A stretch of DNA of 47,056 bases from Catajapyx aquilonaris (Eukaryota): positions 1 to 47,056 of the forward strand of contig JYFJ02003035.1 of the NCBI GenBank assembly GCA_000934665.2. The letters are read 5' to 3'. The position numbers and the translations under genes were made by a program. Of this stretch, positions 22,069 to 35,060 are shown piece after piece. Under the pieces are notes generated by a model. It did no database searches, was not told the origin of the DNA, and was given only the letters and a program-made list of their open reading frames with translations. How positions within the stretch are numbered: position 1 is the stretch's first letter; the number at the start of each line of letters is the position of its first letter.

Positions 22069-25000
22069 CTGCAAGAAACACAAAACAGAGTTAATCATAA
22101 TAAATTGGGACAGGAAAGTTGAACCACCCTGTAACAATGGTAGAAAAAAAGCCTCATGAATTCAGATGGCAATGGAGGCTCTTCCTCGCTGCTTTACGAC
22201 TCGGACGCAGCTGCAGCCGAGAGAATAACTAGTCCGAGAGCAAATTTCCCTTCGTGACACTCGCGAAACAGGAACCTTCGCTGGAGAAGAGAAGAGAGAT
22301 GGTTGGGAAGTTACACGAAATAGAGAGAGTATATAGTATGGCGTCGGTGCATTTCCAACTTAATAGAAAAGACGGTGGGCTTCACCAGTGGTGCCAACAG
22401 TCCAGGACTTTGTCCCCGGACGTCCAAGAAGGGGACAAATGGCGTCCACTGATTGACACAAACACGCGTCTGTACTTAGGGAGGCCGAGTTCCACCCCTC
22501 ACCAAAGCTAGGGGCCAAGCCGTCTCATTGCCTTTTCGCTTTGCTTAGCTCTGAAGCTCTGGGCTCGAGTGATTAACGAGTGGGCAAGGTGCAAGCCTCC
22601 ACTTCATTCCGGATGCAAATCCGATTCGCCCAAGTACGTACAAGCCATTCTCAGACCACTTGGTCGCTGACCTTTCACTCCTGGACCGGACGACCTTTCG
22701 GACAGAGGAACCTTCTGAATATTCACGGCGACTTTAATGCCTGTTGCTCGATCTTGGAATATTTTCGTATATATTTTTTTGTATAATTACAGTTTACTGA
22801 ATCATAATTATACAGAATTCACAATCCACGACTCCACCCCATAAACATAATGACTCATCACGTGTAGGTAGTAGTTACCATAGCTTTCACTTTCCCCATT
22901 CAAATTAGTGGACAAAGTAGTATAGCTCCCTGGCGGACTGTCCGCGCAGTGACTCATCACCAACGTGCATGGAGTACTACTTTCGTTTCGTCCTGAGAGT
23001 GGCAGGAGTGTGCAGAGGGAGAGCCTATGCGCCAACTGGTAGTGGCCTATTGTACTATGTCCAAGTTGGGGAGGGGGGGGGGGCAGTGTTGCCAAAATTT
23101 GGCAACGGGTCCGTTACGTACAGCGTATTAAATTCCAAATATGGCTCGTTAGGGGAGCTGAACATTTTTTTTAGAGTGAACAGCGACATTTTTTTGGGTG
23201 GACTAACTAGGACAGGACGTGCTTAAAAAAATTGGGATGCTGCGCCAGGCTGAATCTCAGGTGCTGCTGGCACGGGCTCAATCAGAGCGGAGATATGGAG
23301 GGATAAAATATGTTGGGCAGCGCCATCCGAGCTTAGGTTTTTGGAGCGAATGGGCTGCTGACGGATGGCAGTTGCCAGGGGCTGTAATTGCGGCACCAGC
23401 CATGTCTCGTCCTGGGACAGCCAAACGGATGGGGACACTTCATTCGCCCAGACGGATTTCCAAGAAGACTACAAAAAAAAGTGGGCTCAGTCATCAAGAA
23501 AAAGCTTGAAGGTCACATCCAGCGCAAGGGATTCGATGACCTCCTATTTTCTTTTTGTACTAGCTTAATGACGGAGGTGGCTTTTGCCACGTTCCAGCCA
23601 CCGACAGTGCTCCAAATTGCTTTTCGTTGGTGGATTAACTGGGTATTGAAGCTCGGAACTGAGTAATTGCCTCGAAGCAGACAGTTTTGACCACCATTAG
23701 TAGTACAAGGTTGCCTTTTTCCTCTTAAAAAAAGCAATGCAGCAAAACATGAACGAATGCTAGGGCTGATGCCCTTAAAAAGTGTGTATCGTCGAAACGC
23801 AGATTTATGTAAATAGCTCCATTAAGGCTCAATTGAACTCGTTAGCGGAGAAGAGCCCCGGCTACGCAAATTTGCATGAACACGCAACACGATAATCACT
23901 CCTGTTAGCGTTTAGAATTCATTTAGGAAGGGGTCAAAAGTGGGAGGGAATTTGATGTGGGATCTTTTATGTTCAGAGGCCGTAGATTTCTACCAGGTTA
24001 CCATCAGAGGAGGAGGAGGAGGAGGATCAGAAATCCTAGAGCTCATTCAACTCGAGGAGCACGCATCTCTCTGTCCTGGAAACGCATTTCCGCAATTTCC
24101 CTGGAGCCCCTTTTGGGACCAGGAACGCTTTGTTTTCCGAAGCAATTAAAGCGATTTAGTTGGGTTGTTGCAATCGTAAGATGGAGAAGTCGTCAACTGG
24201 AATTGTGTACTCACAAAACAGGAGGCTAATTTCTAAAAGCGGTCCATTAAAATATCTCTCGCCAGCCGTGGCGGCAACTGGTTCTCTTCATTATCATATT
24301 GATGGTCACTGTATTTCTCGACTGGAAGTTTAATTTTCCAGGCACCGGACCATTAGCCATTCGCATAATCGCTGGTCGTATTCAATACCACTCGTTTTTT
24401 CACCCAGTTCTATCCGCCTGCATGAATCCACGGAACAATAGCTGCACTATTCACAAATAATACAAAATGGACTTGCACAATATTCGCCCCCCTAATAACA
24501 GGCGCAGCTCGCCATAATAATTACGAGCTGTGGGGTAAAATAGTGACTAAAGCACTCTGTCGAACGGCACCCTAACTTTCCTTTGATTATGAGCCACAAC
24601 AGCACCGGAGCAAAATACACTCACTGCAAATAGGCTCCCATAACAAATTTACATCACAAGGCAAAATAGCGGCACCAGGCAAGCAGGGTATTTGTCGTGG
24701 GAGAAATTTGTTTACGCTCTTTGAAGCTGCTCCGCTTTTCAGTAGAAGTATACAGGCATTAAATGGACTATTTAGGCCGGGTCTATTCATAGGCGCTGTA
24801 GAACCACTGTGCAAAGGCGCAGCTGAACTGAAGTTGCAGTCGCCGCCTTAAAACCGGTTTGTTCTTGACTGCGTTATCGCTTCGGAACACTCGTTCATGG
24901 ACACTGAACTTAATTGGCATTAATCTGGTCCGAAATTGCTCTACTAACTACTCTCTTTCATCTGGACGCAATGATAAAGTCATTACATATTTGTTTAAAA

Positions 25001-25840
25001 AAATATCGAAAATCTATTGATCACTGCTGCCTCCTAATCAATATAACCAGCAGGGAACCCGATGAATAAATGCACAAATTAGGGATTATCGGTAATAAAA
25101 TGTTGCAGCGTTCCCTTTAAATTTAAGCCCAACACGTACACAGTCCAGAATCAACTTCATCAAGCTTTGCCTTTACTAATTACTCTGAACAAAATCAACT
25201 TCACATGCCACGTAAGAGAAAGTGTTGCCAAGCAGCTCATATGCGCAATATCAAGAGCACTTCTGAAAACCATGCTTTCAATATTGCGCCTGGTTTAAGG
25301 GAGATAAAGGTAGCTCCAGACGACAATCAAAGTGCGGTCTGTGCTGCGGCTTCATGTCGACCTCGCTTTATTTACTGCCTTGCCCGCATTTGCATACTAT
25401 GAATAACAACTAATTAGTATCGTGGAAGGGGGACTGAGACGGATTCGATTACAAAACGCCAAGCTTATTCATATGAAAATTCCTCCCGAGCAAATTGAAT
25501 TTGCCAAGAATGCAACCAAGTTCTGGCCCAAAGCACCAAGAGACCGAATAATTATCGCCCGAGAGAGAAGCTTATTAATCACAGCCGAGGGTTTCTCCCT
25601 TGGTATTGTGTGGTCAAAAGAACCCCACTGTTTCTCCACAGAATTAAAATTAACCGGCCTGTACATGTATAGACCAACCAACCTGTGACAGTCGGCACAA
25701 AAGACGGGACCAAAATCGGAATTGCGAACAGGCTAATTTGGAGGTCACTCCCCGGTCGGCATGGGGGTCCAAATGGAGGTTTCATTGCGCAGCGGCAGCT
25801 AATCAAAAGCCACACAGTTACATTCGAATTCCATTATGGA

Positions 25841-25843
<3 letters not shown>

Positions 25844-25872
<29 letters not shown>
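25844..25872. repeat. (GA)n microsatellite
   Basis: About 14 GA units. Confidence 0.9.
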
Positions 25873-25876
<4 letters not shown>

Positions 25877-28800
25877 TGCTGTGGATAGGGTGGGGTTGCT
25901 GGGGGAGGGGTGGGGTTGCACTGATTAGAGATCAAATGAGAGATGAGAGAAATAGGGATGGACTAGAGGGTGGGGTGGGGGATCATGCGGTGGTTGCTAC
26001 CTTGTAATTAATTGGGTCGATCCGGCCGGGGTCAGAGGTTAGGGACGGATCGATGGGCCTCACCAGGCCGCAGCACCAGTCGGATTTATGCTGGCTGGAA
26101 AACATATATCGAGCAAAGTATGTGCAGCCGGAAGGAACGACTTCGACTGAGCGCGAAATGCGACAACAACCGCACGTTTCCAGAATAAATAAAATCTGCT
26201 GAGCCGACTATTTGCATAAATTGCGGTCCTGAGAGAACCCCCAGCAATAATTGCGTCTGCGTGTTTTGTGGGTATAGGGATGACACCCCCCACTAGCCTC
26301 CCGCCGCCCTTCTGCCTTTTTTGTTTGTTTGTTTGTGCTGGAATCTGCGATGAACCTTTTCAGCTCCTGGCACTATTTGTGTAGAGGAAGCTCCACTGGT
26401 TTGATTCCTATCCGGACAGGGATATTTTTAGTAGGATCTAGAGGGAAAGCCAAAATTTGCATTGTGTGTGGGTGGAAGTTGGAAGGTTCCAGGTAGATTG
26501 AACTAGTGCAATGAGAGTGGGTGTCGCCCCCCTTTTCGGTCCAGCACACTCTTTCCACGCGGTGGACACTCACGCAGACACAGGACCGAACGTGACTGGA
26601 ATTCCGGACGACAAACACAATATAAGAGAGAGGAAATCCAGCTCTTTTCTTGTGCTCCCGTAAAAAAAACGGTCGAATTCGCGCTTCATCTGAGACCCAA
26701 GGCGGCTGGAAATTTTATGACGGGTCAGTTGGTCGCCATTCTACATGTGTTCGGTATTGTGCACTAGATTTGCACCAGGAAAGGAGTAATTTAGGTGTAG
26801 AGTCCGGTTAGTGTGAAATGTCCGAAATATGATTTGAATTTGAGTTGGTGCTTTAAAAAATTAGTACCGGACACATCAGGTCCAATTAAGAGTCGTACAA
26901 CTCTGCATGTATGAGACATGTCACACCTTACATGGCAGGCCAGGGGCTACATGGAGGCCGAAAGTGCTCCACAGGTCCCCTAGTTATAGTGATTACATAT
27001 TAGACGTCTCGCCCTCGTCCTCATGCCCCGAATGGATGTTTTAGCACCTCGAGAGCAGGGGGAGACTCGAGGGCAGCAGCATCCATAATTACACCAGCAG
27101 CTGCCGCTTAATGCCAGGCCGTAATAACATCAGAGGCCTCCTCCTGGTGTATCCATTAGGCAAACTTCCCCCTCGTCACCTCAGAAGAAATGTCATTCCG
27201 CCCATTAAGAATACGAATCTGATTTCCCCAGCAACCTCCCCTCAGCAGCCTTTTCCCCCTTTTCGACCCAGGGAACTATACGGAAATCCCAGCCCAACGA
27301 AAATCAGCATAATTGTTGGCTGCCCGGTTTTTGTTCGGGGGTAGGGAAGTGAATGTTTGCTTCTGGAGTTTCGATCGGGTCTTATGTGAAGAGCGAGCCA
27401 AGCGTGGTGCAATCAGGAAACGAAAATGTGTCGGCCTGATCAATCTGACAGCTAACCCGCAGAGGACACCACCACTCAGCAGCGGGCCACGAAAAGAGAT
27501 TTTCGCTAAAGGAACGGAAGCCAGAAAACGTCGCGAGCGATGCTTAATGGATTCTCCTTGAAGCCCGTCCTCGCAAGACATCAGCATTAGCACAGCAAAA
27601 AAAAAAAAAAACTCTCTAGAGTTTGCCATTCATGCTGTTGCGTGTTTTGCATTAGCAAGATTCGCAGTTCTTATGCTTAAAAGTACTGCTGCAATGCCGA
27701 CATGAGACAAAAAAAAGCACGATGAATATGTAATCAGTAAAAACCTATTACAATGTCAGTGCATGTAAAGGAAAAAGTTTTCGGCCGCAAACTTACTATG
27801 TGAATAGTAAATGTTTAATGCAAATTCGGTCATATACATGCTTCACCGCAAAGTGATCTACGGAACTCACGTACTCACATAAATTTTGAAACAGCTGCCT
27901 GAATTTGCAAGTACCCTTTCCGCCCAAAAAATGTGAAACTAGTAAAATGGCGGCCTTATCACAATACCATTAAAATAGGATCTTGTTTATTGGTGCAACG
28001 AGCAGTAATAGGTCGGATCGATGATTTACAATCCGTTTTTTTGGACTGTACTTGCGGATAAAAGGTGGGTTCACTGTATTCCCCCGCAGGATAGAGCATA
28101 CATAATCCGATGTGCGGTGAGCAAAAGTAGGCTCCGGAGGAACGCAGTGCTCCAGAAATTTGATCCCCAAAGTGGCTCAAGGGGCTTGGTCCCTCTTATA
28201 TATACGGCGATGTCTGAGAGAGAACTGGCCAAACAACTTTTCCACCCGCCAATTCCACGACTTTGTTTGTTTCTGGAACCAGCAGAAGCAGCGATCAAAT
28301 GACGGATTACCGCTGCCGGCTTTCATTTCCTTCCGCGACTGTCCCCGCAGAAAGATGTGCTCACTCGCTCAAAAAAAAAAGTGACGCAGTGCTATCACAT
28401 TTTGCCAGCAGACTTGCCCCTAGGGTACAGCCAGAGAGGGTTATCTTACCGTGTCCGACCCCTGGGTCACGCTTGCTTCTATCGATAGCCTCCCCCCCCT
28501 CTCTCGCCAATTACCGCCGGCCGGCTATTACGACAAGAGAGGACGGACCCAGCTCGCAACGCTGCAAGATTCTCATTTCGCAGGCAGACTCACCTCATTT
28601 CCTGGCAAGATATGCCCTTCATTATGCCCTCGAGAAGCGACTAATTACACGAGCAATTTCGGTAATGAACAGAGAAGGATTTCCTCCTCCTTGCGCGAGC
28701 CGTGCGCTTGATCTCCGGAAACAAGGGAAGAGGAGGGGGGGGGGCACCCTGGAGGGAAAAGGGGACAGGGAAGAGGAGTGGAAGGCTAAAAAATAATTAG

Positions 28801-31800
28801 ACCAGCTAATAATATTACAAAGGAATTTCTGTCTGGTAATAAGCCGAGCCGATTATGGCCGATAGTTGTGTGCAGTACGCCTAAATAATTACACCTGAAG
28901 GGAAAATGCTGCCGCACAAAAGTTGCAAAGCGACGTCAAGAGCCCACGCAATAAAGGATACATGTCACTCTTAATTATTCCACTTTGAAATATATTTGAC
29001 GTGTTTTCTGCAGCAGCAGGTGCGCATTCTTAGCTTGGAGAGAGAAGAGTTCTAGGTGGCTTTTCCGCAAAGCTATACGAGGCTTACTGCATTAGGACAG
29101 GAGATGGACAATTTTATGCGGTGGCAATCCCGGGCGCCTGGCAAGCAGTCTCCAGGACCTTCTTGTCAGTTTGGGGGAAAAGCAGGACCAAAGCCGATCA
29201 AGCGCAGGCGCTTCAATACCGAGAGCTTAGGGGCAAAGCCTCACTGGGCGAGGACGCATCCAGCTGCCTGGGAAATGCTTCTTTTTTCTGCCTTCCACCA
29301 AACCACATCTAAGCTCCTTCTGCCACCCTTGCCTCTGTCGCCTGCCTGCTGTGATCAGCAACATTCAACAATAGTCGGTTTCAATTAGGAGGCCATCATT
29401 TATTCGGAAACACACTGGCAAGATCAACCGTAACCGTCCATTATTATATAACCCAGAAAAATGTAACAGACTCACTGGAGCCCGTTTTTCCTCAGAAAAT
29501 TTCAAAATGCAAGCCTGTCTACTAACCGGAATTGCCTGATGAGAAAATGCGGAAAAGAGTCGGAAATTGCTTCGAGCAACAAATCATCATATGCATGCAT
29601 GTTGCGTGATTGAAGGTCATAACTTTCCCGGGCTTCCTAAGGGCCTAAATATAATTAGGATATTAATAAGCACGAGGTGCGAGGTCATGAAGCCCAAGCA
29701 TGCCAGCACGTCTCTTGTTTAATATGCAGGGCGAAGAAACAATAAAAGGGCTGTCAAGTGACAAGAGATGAGCCATATCATAAGAACCGGTCAAATTGGT
29801 GGCAGCAATTAAGCTGTAATTTAAGCTGGTCCAATCTGTCGCAGTTTGAGTAATGTTAAGCTAATAATGTATGCTAACGACTGTTCACAACTTTTGGTTA
29901 ATTGCAATCGAGTGTACACGTACAGTTGACGTCCCAAGGCGGTCAGTTGAGCATGTCCAGGGAGTAAACTGACCACTCCATTTTCCGGGTGTGTTTGGCA
30001 ACATTATCGACACAGCTTCATCATTTTGACTAGCATTTCAATTAGCAATACAGGCTAATTAATCTGTACTCGTTTCTCTCTCTTTTTTTCCATGCCACTA
30101 AAGGACGTGTGACATGCTGCCATGATCGCGACAGGCTCCGGTCAAAATCGCCAACAAGACTGGACACGACGTAATAATGACTGGTCCAGCCGAGCCAATC
30201 AAGCGTTATGATTCGGTGCTGGCTGCGACATCTCACACTTGGATGATGGAGCGACGGCAAACACATTTAGGGCCCTCTTCCTATATACCATCCCATCTCT
30301 ATTGATTGCAGATTCCCTTCCACTGATGGCCACCATAAAGGATCCGTCACCATGGCTTAATTTTGAACCGCTCCAAGACACTTTTCTTCCGGTTCCTGAT
30401 GAATAGTGGACATGGGCAGTTATGTTATCCTTCTTTCAATTGACAGGAAACGCAGCAGAATTTTCAAGTGGTCGCTTTCATCCTCGTTAACACGTGTTAC
30501 AGCTCTCTCAACCGGGAAGAAAAGCCTTGGGGGCTAAGAATGGGCCTGGAAAGGGGGTAGTATAAGCTTGCATATGCTCCAGCAAACACAGGGCCGTAAT
30601 GCCGCTGGATATTGCAAACTGAAGTGCAAGGCGACAACTACGACCGCGTAATCATCAAGTGCCGCACTACACCAGTAATGGCCGAGGTCACCTGCACTTT
30701 GCATTTTATCCGCACATTATGCGGATGCCTAACGTGCTTAGAATGGGGACGTGGATAGGAAGGAAAAGAGAACGGGAGGAGGAATAATAAAAAAAAAGAG
30801 CGACCTTTTACCGCATGGAGGGAGGTCACGAGCGATTTCTGAGAGAACTTGTAAATTTTCCTCTCTCGAATCTGCAGCAGGGAAATTTTCCTTGGCGAAA
30901 ATGGAATGCGACTATAAGGGGCGGAGGTGAAGATTGGGCGGGAAGGGCGAGGCTGGGGTGGAGCTGAATGGAAGGCTGGGTTGGGTTGGGTTGGGAAAGG
31001 AGGGGGTTGGAGGAGGAAAAGCAAAGAACCCAAGGGTGCTTCAAAGAGAGTTGGGGAAATGAGCGGAAAGAAACATTTCGTTGAGCTCTAGTTTTTTTCC
31101 CCCCCGAAGCCTTCTCCTTACCAAGAGGGACGTTCTGCTTCGCCCCTAAAATCTATCAAGTGGGGGAACCCCATCAAGGACGGAAATGAACCAGAGCGCT
31201 TGAATTAATCCAATTATCTCTTCCCCCACACCCCACTTCGTCACACCATTTCCCAATAAAATTGCCACACCCCCACCGGCTTTTACTTCAACGTTATTAG
31301 ATGATGTCGCGTAAAACAACAGGGGGAATCTTCGCCACTAACTCGGTAAACCTGTGTCATACACCAGCGTTAAGCAAAATGGCACAAAAGGGATCCTACA
31401 GTATTCAAACCTATAAAACCCTCGAATCCGGAAACAAGTCAAATCGTTCATAATTTCAGAAAATTAATAATTGTTGCATCTACACTAATAATTATTAGAC
31501 TATTATGATCCTAAATGAGATGGATTAGTGCATCGTACAGTTCTTGAATTTTGATTAATTTTTGCCCGCTGCTCAGTCAGTGAAGCAGCAAAATATTATC
31601 AACGAATAATATGTTATATCACTGGAGGGAGGCATTGACGAGGACCTATTTTTTGGAGGGCTGTCGAAAATTATTAGCGGTCGTGTGTGATGTGACGTTG
31701 ACAGGAGGGACAATATTGTCGGATCAGGAGCGGCTGGAAAATCCCACAACAATTAAACATTGACGCGTACCTATTAGCCGCAGAAGATATACAATTTTGT

Positions 31801-34800
31801 TAAAATGCGACGGATTAATCACTGCAATAAACAAGCCCTCGACCGTCAGCAATTGAGGGTGAGTGGCCTCCCCAAATTTGCATGTGCCTATCGGTACATT
31901 TTTAAAAATATTCCTCTTTCACACACAATCTCACTGTCTCTCATGTCCAATAATTCACAACACTTCAAATCTGCAAACAGTCGTTTAGGTATTCGCTTCA
32001 AGCTTAACCAAACCACTAATTACCGGACTACGCAAATGTCGAGCGTGTTTTCCTGTCAGTGGGGCACGACTCGCAGCGCCGACTACTGTCCCCCCCCCCC
32101 CCCNCCCCCCCAAGCACGTCAGTAGTACATACATCTAATTTCCAGGACCAGACATTTCGTCTGGCAGCTAGCCTCTCATTCCTCGAGGCGGTAATGTCTT
32201 GCGTTTCTCGCCGGTTTCAATTTCCCAGTACCGTTGCACAAGACCTTCCACAAAACATCAAAGAAAAAGAGAAGAAAGACATTCCGGGGGAGCCTTAGTG
32301 ACTTTGGAATTGCATGTGGGAGGTGGTGTGCAGCAGGTATACTATATAGAGTAGACAGGGAAATGGAGAGTGAGGTGTTCGGGAGGGGGGGGGGAGGGGG
32401 AGACAGGCATGCATGATACATGAGCATTAGTAAGGTGCCTTGTCGTGTCCTCTTCAGCAGCGGGGCGAGGCTTTGAAGGAGCTGCCACGGGCTGCCCGAA
32501 TTCTCACGCAATCAAACTCAATTCAGTTCAAAATTCCCACGGGTCACCCACTGCCACCTATATAGGCAGGTGCTAGGGGTGACAACACATTACACACGTC
32601 CGAGCTGATGTGACATCAAGCCAAGCTGCAATGTTGTTGTAGTTGGTGTGTACGGACGGTACAAGCAAAGTGTTAATCCTGTACAGTACATACTGTAGAC
32701 AGTGAAAAGTCATATTCTCTCTATAGATGAATTTTTTAAAGAGCTCAACCAAGGGAGCAACACAGTTCGCGCAAATGGAGTCGTAATGGGGTCCTAGTCT
32801 TGGCATAGGATTTGGGTAATTTGTACTGTACACGAATAGCTCAACCATACATGTAAACAAGAATTCCACCACTTTTCAGCACCAAAATGTCATTCCTCGA
32901 TAACTTATCGCTGGTTCCAAAGTAACTCTCAAATTGGTGGGGAAAAGGGGGCGTGTCATAGCTCGGAAACTAATACGTATTTCTTCAAACAAAAAACACC
33001 AAAATTCATTTAAAAATAAGGACGATTTTTTACATGATTTTCAAAATGTATAGGCTAGGACCCTATTGTTTTCAACACTACGCTTGAGGGGGTAACAATA
33101 TGGCCGACTTTTGCGACGTTGCCAAGGCTCTGGAACGAACCTTAGAGGCTACCGGTGTGAATTTAGCTCCTGAGGAGTAACTGTGGCAACGCTGTTGTCA
33201 GAACGATGGCCTTGCGCGAGTGTGGGTCCGCACTCGGTTGAGTTCGTTAAAAAAAATTCATCCAGTGGCTGAATATCTCACGGGGGTTTTCGAGTGTTGA
33301 AAATTCAAATCGGTCATCGAGTCCCTCCCCAGGAGGAGGAGGAGGACTAAGTGTATGTGTGTATAGGTGGTGGGGCGGAGCGGTTGGTCGTTCTCGGCGG
33401 GGGTGAAAAAGAGCGATTAGGATCCGGGCCGAGCCCCATTCAGGAGCGCGCAACGAGCCACTCAGGTCCTCTCCACAAAGTCCACAGAGTTTTCCACTCG
33501 GACCCAACCCGATGCATCAGCGACGAAACATGCTTGCCCGGGAGAAAATTGCTCTCCGGGAATCTTCTCCTCGAGTAGCCAAAACGGCTCCTCTTGAGTC
33601 GGGCCCAGGCGTCGCGTGGACCAATCTCTCAGTAAATCCCGAGGACGAACCAACCAACAGGAAGAGAGGGTAGGACGTGGGAGGGGAAAAATGTATCAAA
33701 AAGGGAGGATAAGCAGATAACTCCAACAACAAGTAGGGGAGTTTTCCATGAAGCAAAAGCCTAGGGGTCGAGTTCGCTCAAGCCACACACTGTATCAGGT
33801 GTGCTCCAAATAGCACAAAAGTTGCTTATTTAAAACAAGTGCCGGTAGGTAAAAAATTGATGTTTCCAATGCAATCGGAAGCATGGAATCAACCCCTGGC
33901 TTCGGAGGCTTTTAGGTCATTCCAGTCGTTTATTTCAATCTATCTGAAGGATGCTTCCACTCAACCCAATACACCAATACACATCTAGTTCAAGATTGAA
34001 GCGGAAGTGCAGACGGAAATTGCAGATATAACCAATCACGAGCAAGGTTTCCGATTTATGTACAGAAAATCTCATACTGTACTTGATTAGATTGCAAGCG
34101 CATGGAGATTGGTTCGAGTTAACGATAACTTCCGCCTACACGTCTACTCAATCTGATATACAATTGGCTTGGTCTGTGCCTCTGTCCGGGGAGAGTCATC
34201 AGTAGTGTGCAGCGAAGGCGAGCGCGCCATCTGCGTGAGAGATGTGTTACTACGTCCACAGTGTTGCCAAGTTTTGGATCGCATTTTGGAGATCCCCTGC
34301 AAAGTACTTAATAATAATCATGCTCAACTGATGACAGCTCTGTATATCCGCGATTTGGTCAAACGCAAATACTGTACCTGTGTGCGGAACAATGCCTGTC
34401 ACGTTATAACCTAAACGCATCATTTCTGATTAGTCCTAAAATAATCACCGGCTCTCGCCAGATAAAAGGCTATTTGACCCAAAATGCGTGTGGTGAGGAT
34501 CAGACCGGAGGGGGCCAACCCCACACTTTTTTCAGGACCCGCATTGGGGGTGAGGGTTGTGCATGGGGCGTTTTTACGCTGACCAACCAAAACCTACTCC
34601 CCCTCTCCCCTTGCACACTGGAATTACCGCTCATTTCCAGGGCCTCGCGGCAGCAACGGTTCGATTTACTCCGCTACATCGTGGGAAATCTGCGCTCCGA
34701 CGCCCTAATTATGAAACTGCATAACAGGCTGTAATTAGCGCGCTGTGATTCGAAAGAATGCGGCCATTCCCTAGGCCAATCATAGTCTGCTAAATTCCTT

Positions 34801-34908
34801 TCCAGCCCGTTCCCACTGCGCTGCCACGCAATTTCTAGGATTCGGATTGATGAGGAGTGAAGAGAACGTGCAGCCCAAAATGGAGTAGAATAAGAGGACC
34901 AAACTCAC

Positions 34909-35060
34909 CGATTCTTCTCCAAGCTGCCTGACTCGGCAATGCAGGAAGGCGTTGTGCCCTACGACTGTTGTGACGTTTCGGGTTACCTCAAAGTCGAAAT
35001 AGGGCATTAGACTCGGGTCTATTGTGGACTCCTCGTCAACAAGCTCCAAGGCCGAAACAG
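34909..35060 (-). CDS. dpr1: dpr1-like Ig protein, Ig1 first half
   Basis: ttgcag|VSALELVDEESTIDPSLMPYFDFEVTRNVTTVVGHNAFLHCRVRQLGEES|gtgagt; 152 nt, phase 1/0; close to the recalled Drosophila Dpr1 PYFDFDVPRNLTVTVGQTGFLHCRV. The upstream signal-peptide exon was not identified in the window. Confidence 0.9.

Noticed and set aside
27560..27629. Hydrophobic ORF start MANSREFFFFFAVLMLMS as a dpr1 signal peptide
   Set aside because: The Phe run comes from a poly-A tract, it lies downstream of the first Ig exon, and there is no suitable donor.
33116..33193. CGTTGCCA..TGGCAACG short inverted ends, with similar motifs near 23085 and 34260
   Set aside because: Only 8-11 bp of pairing and no TSD; may be old MITE debris but is unsupported.
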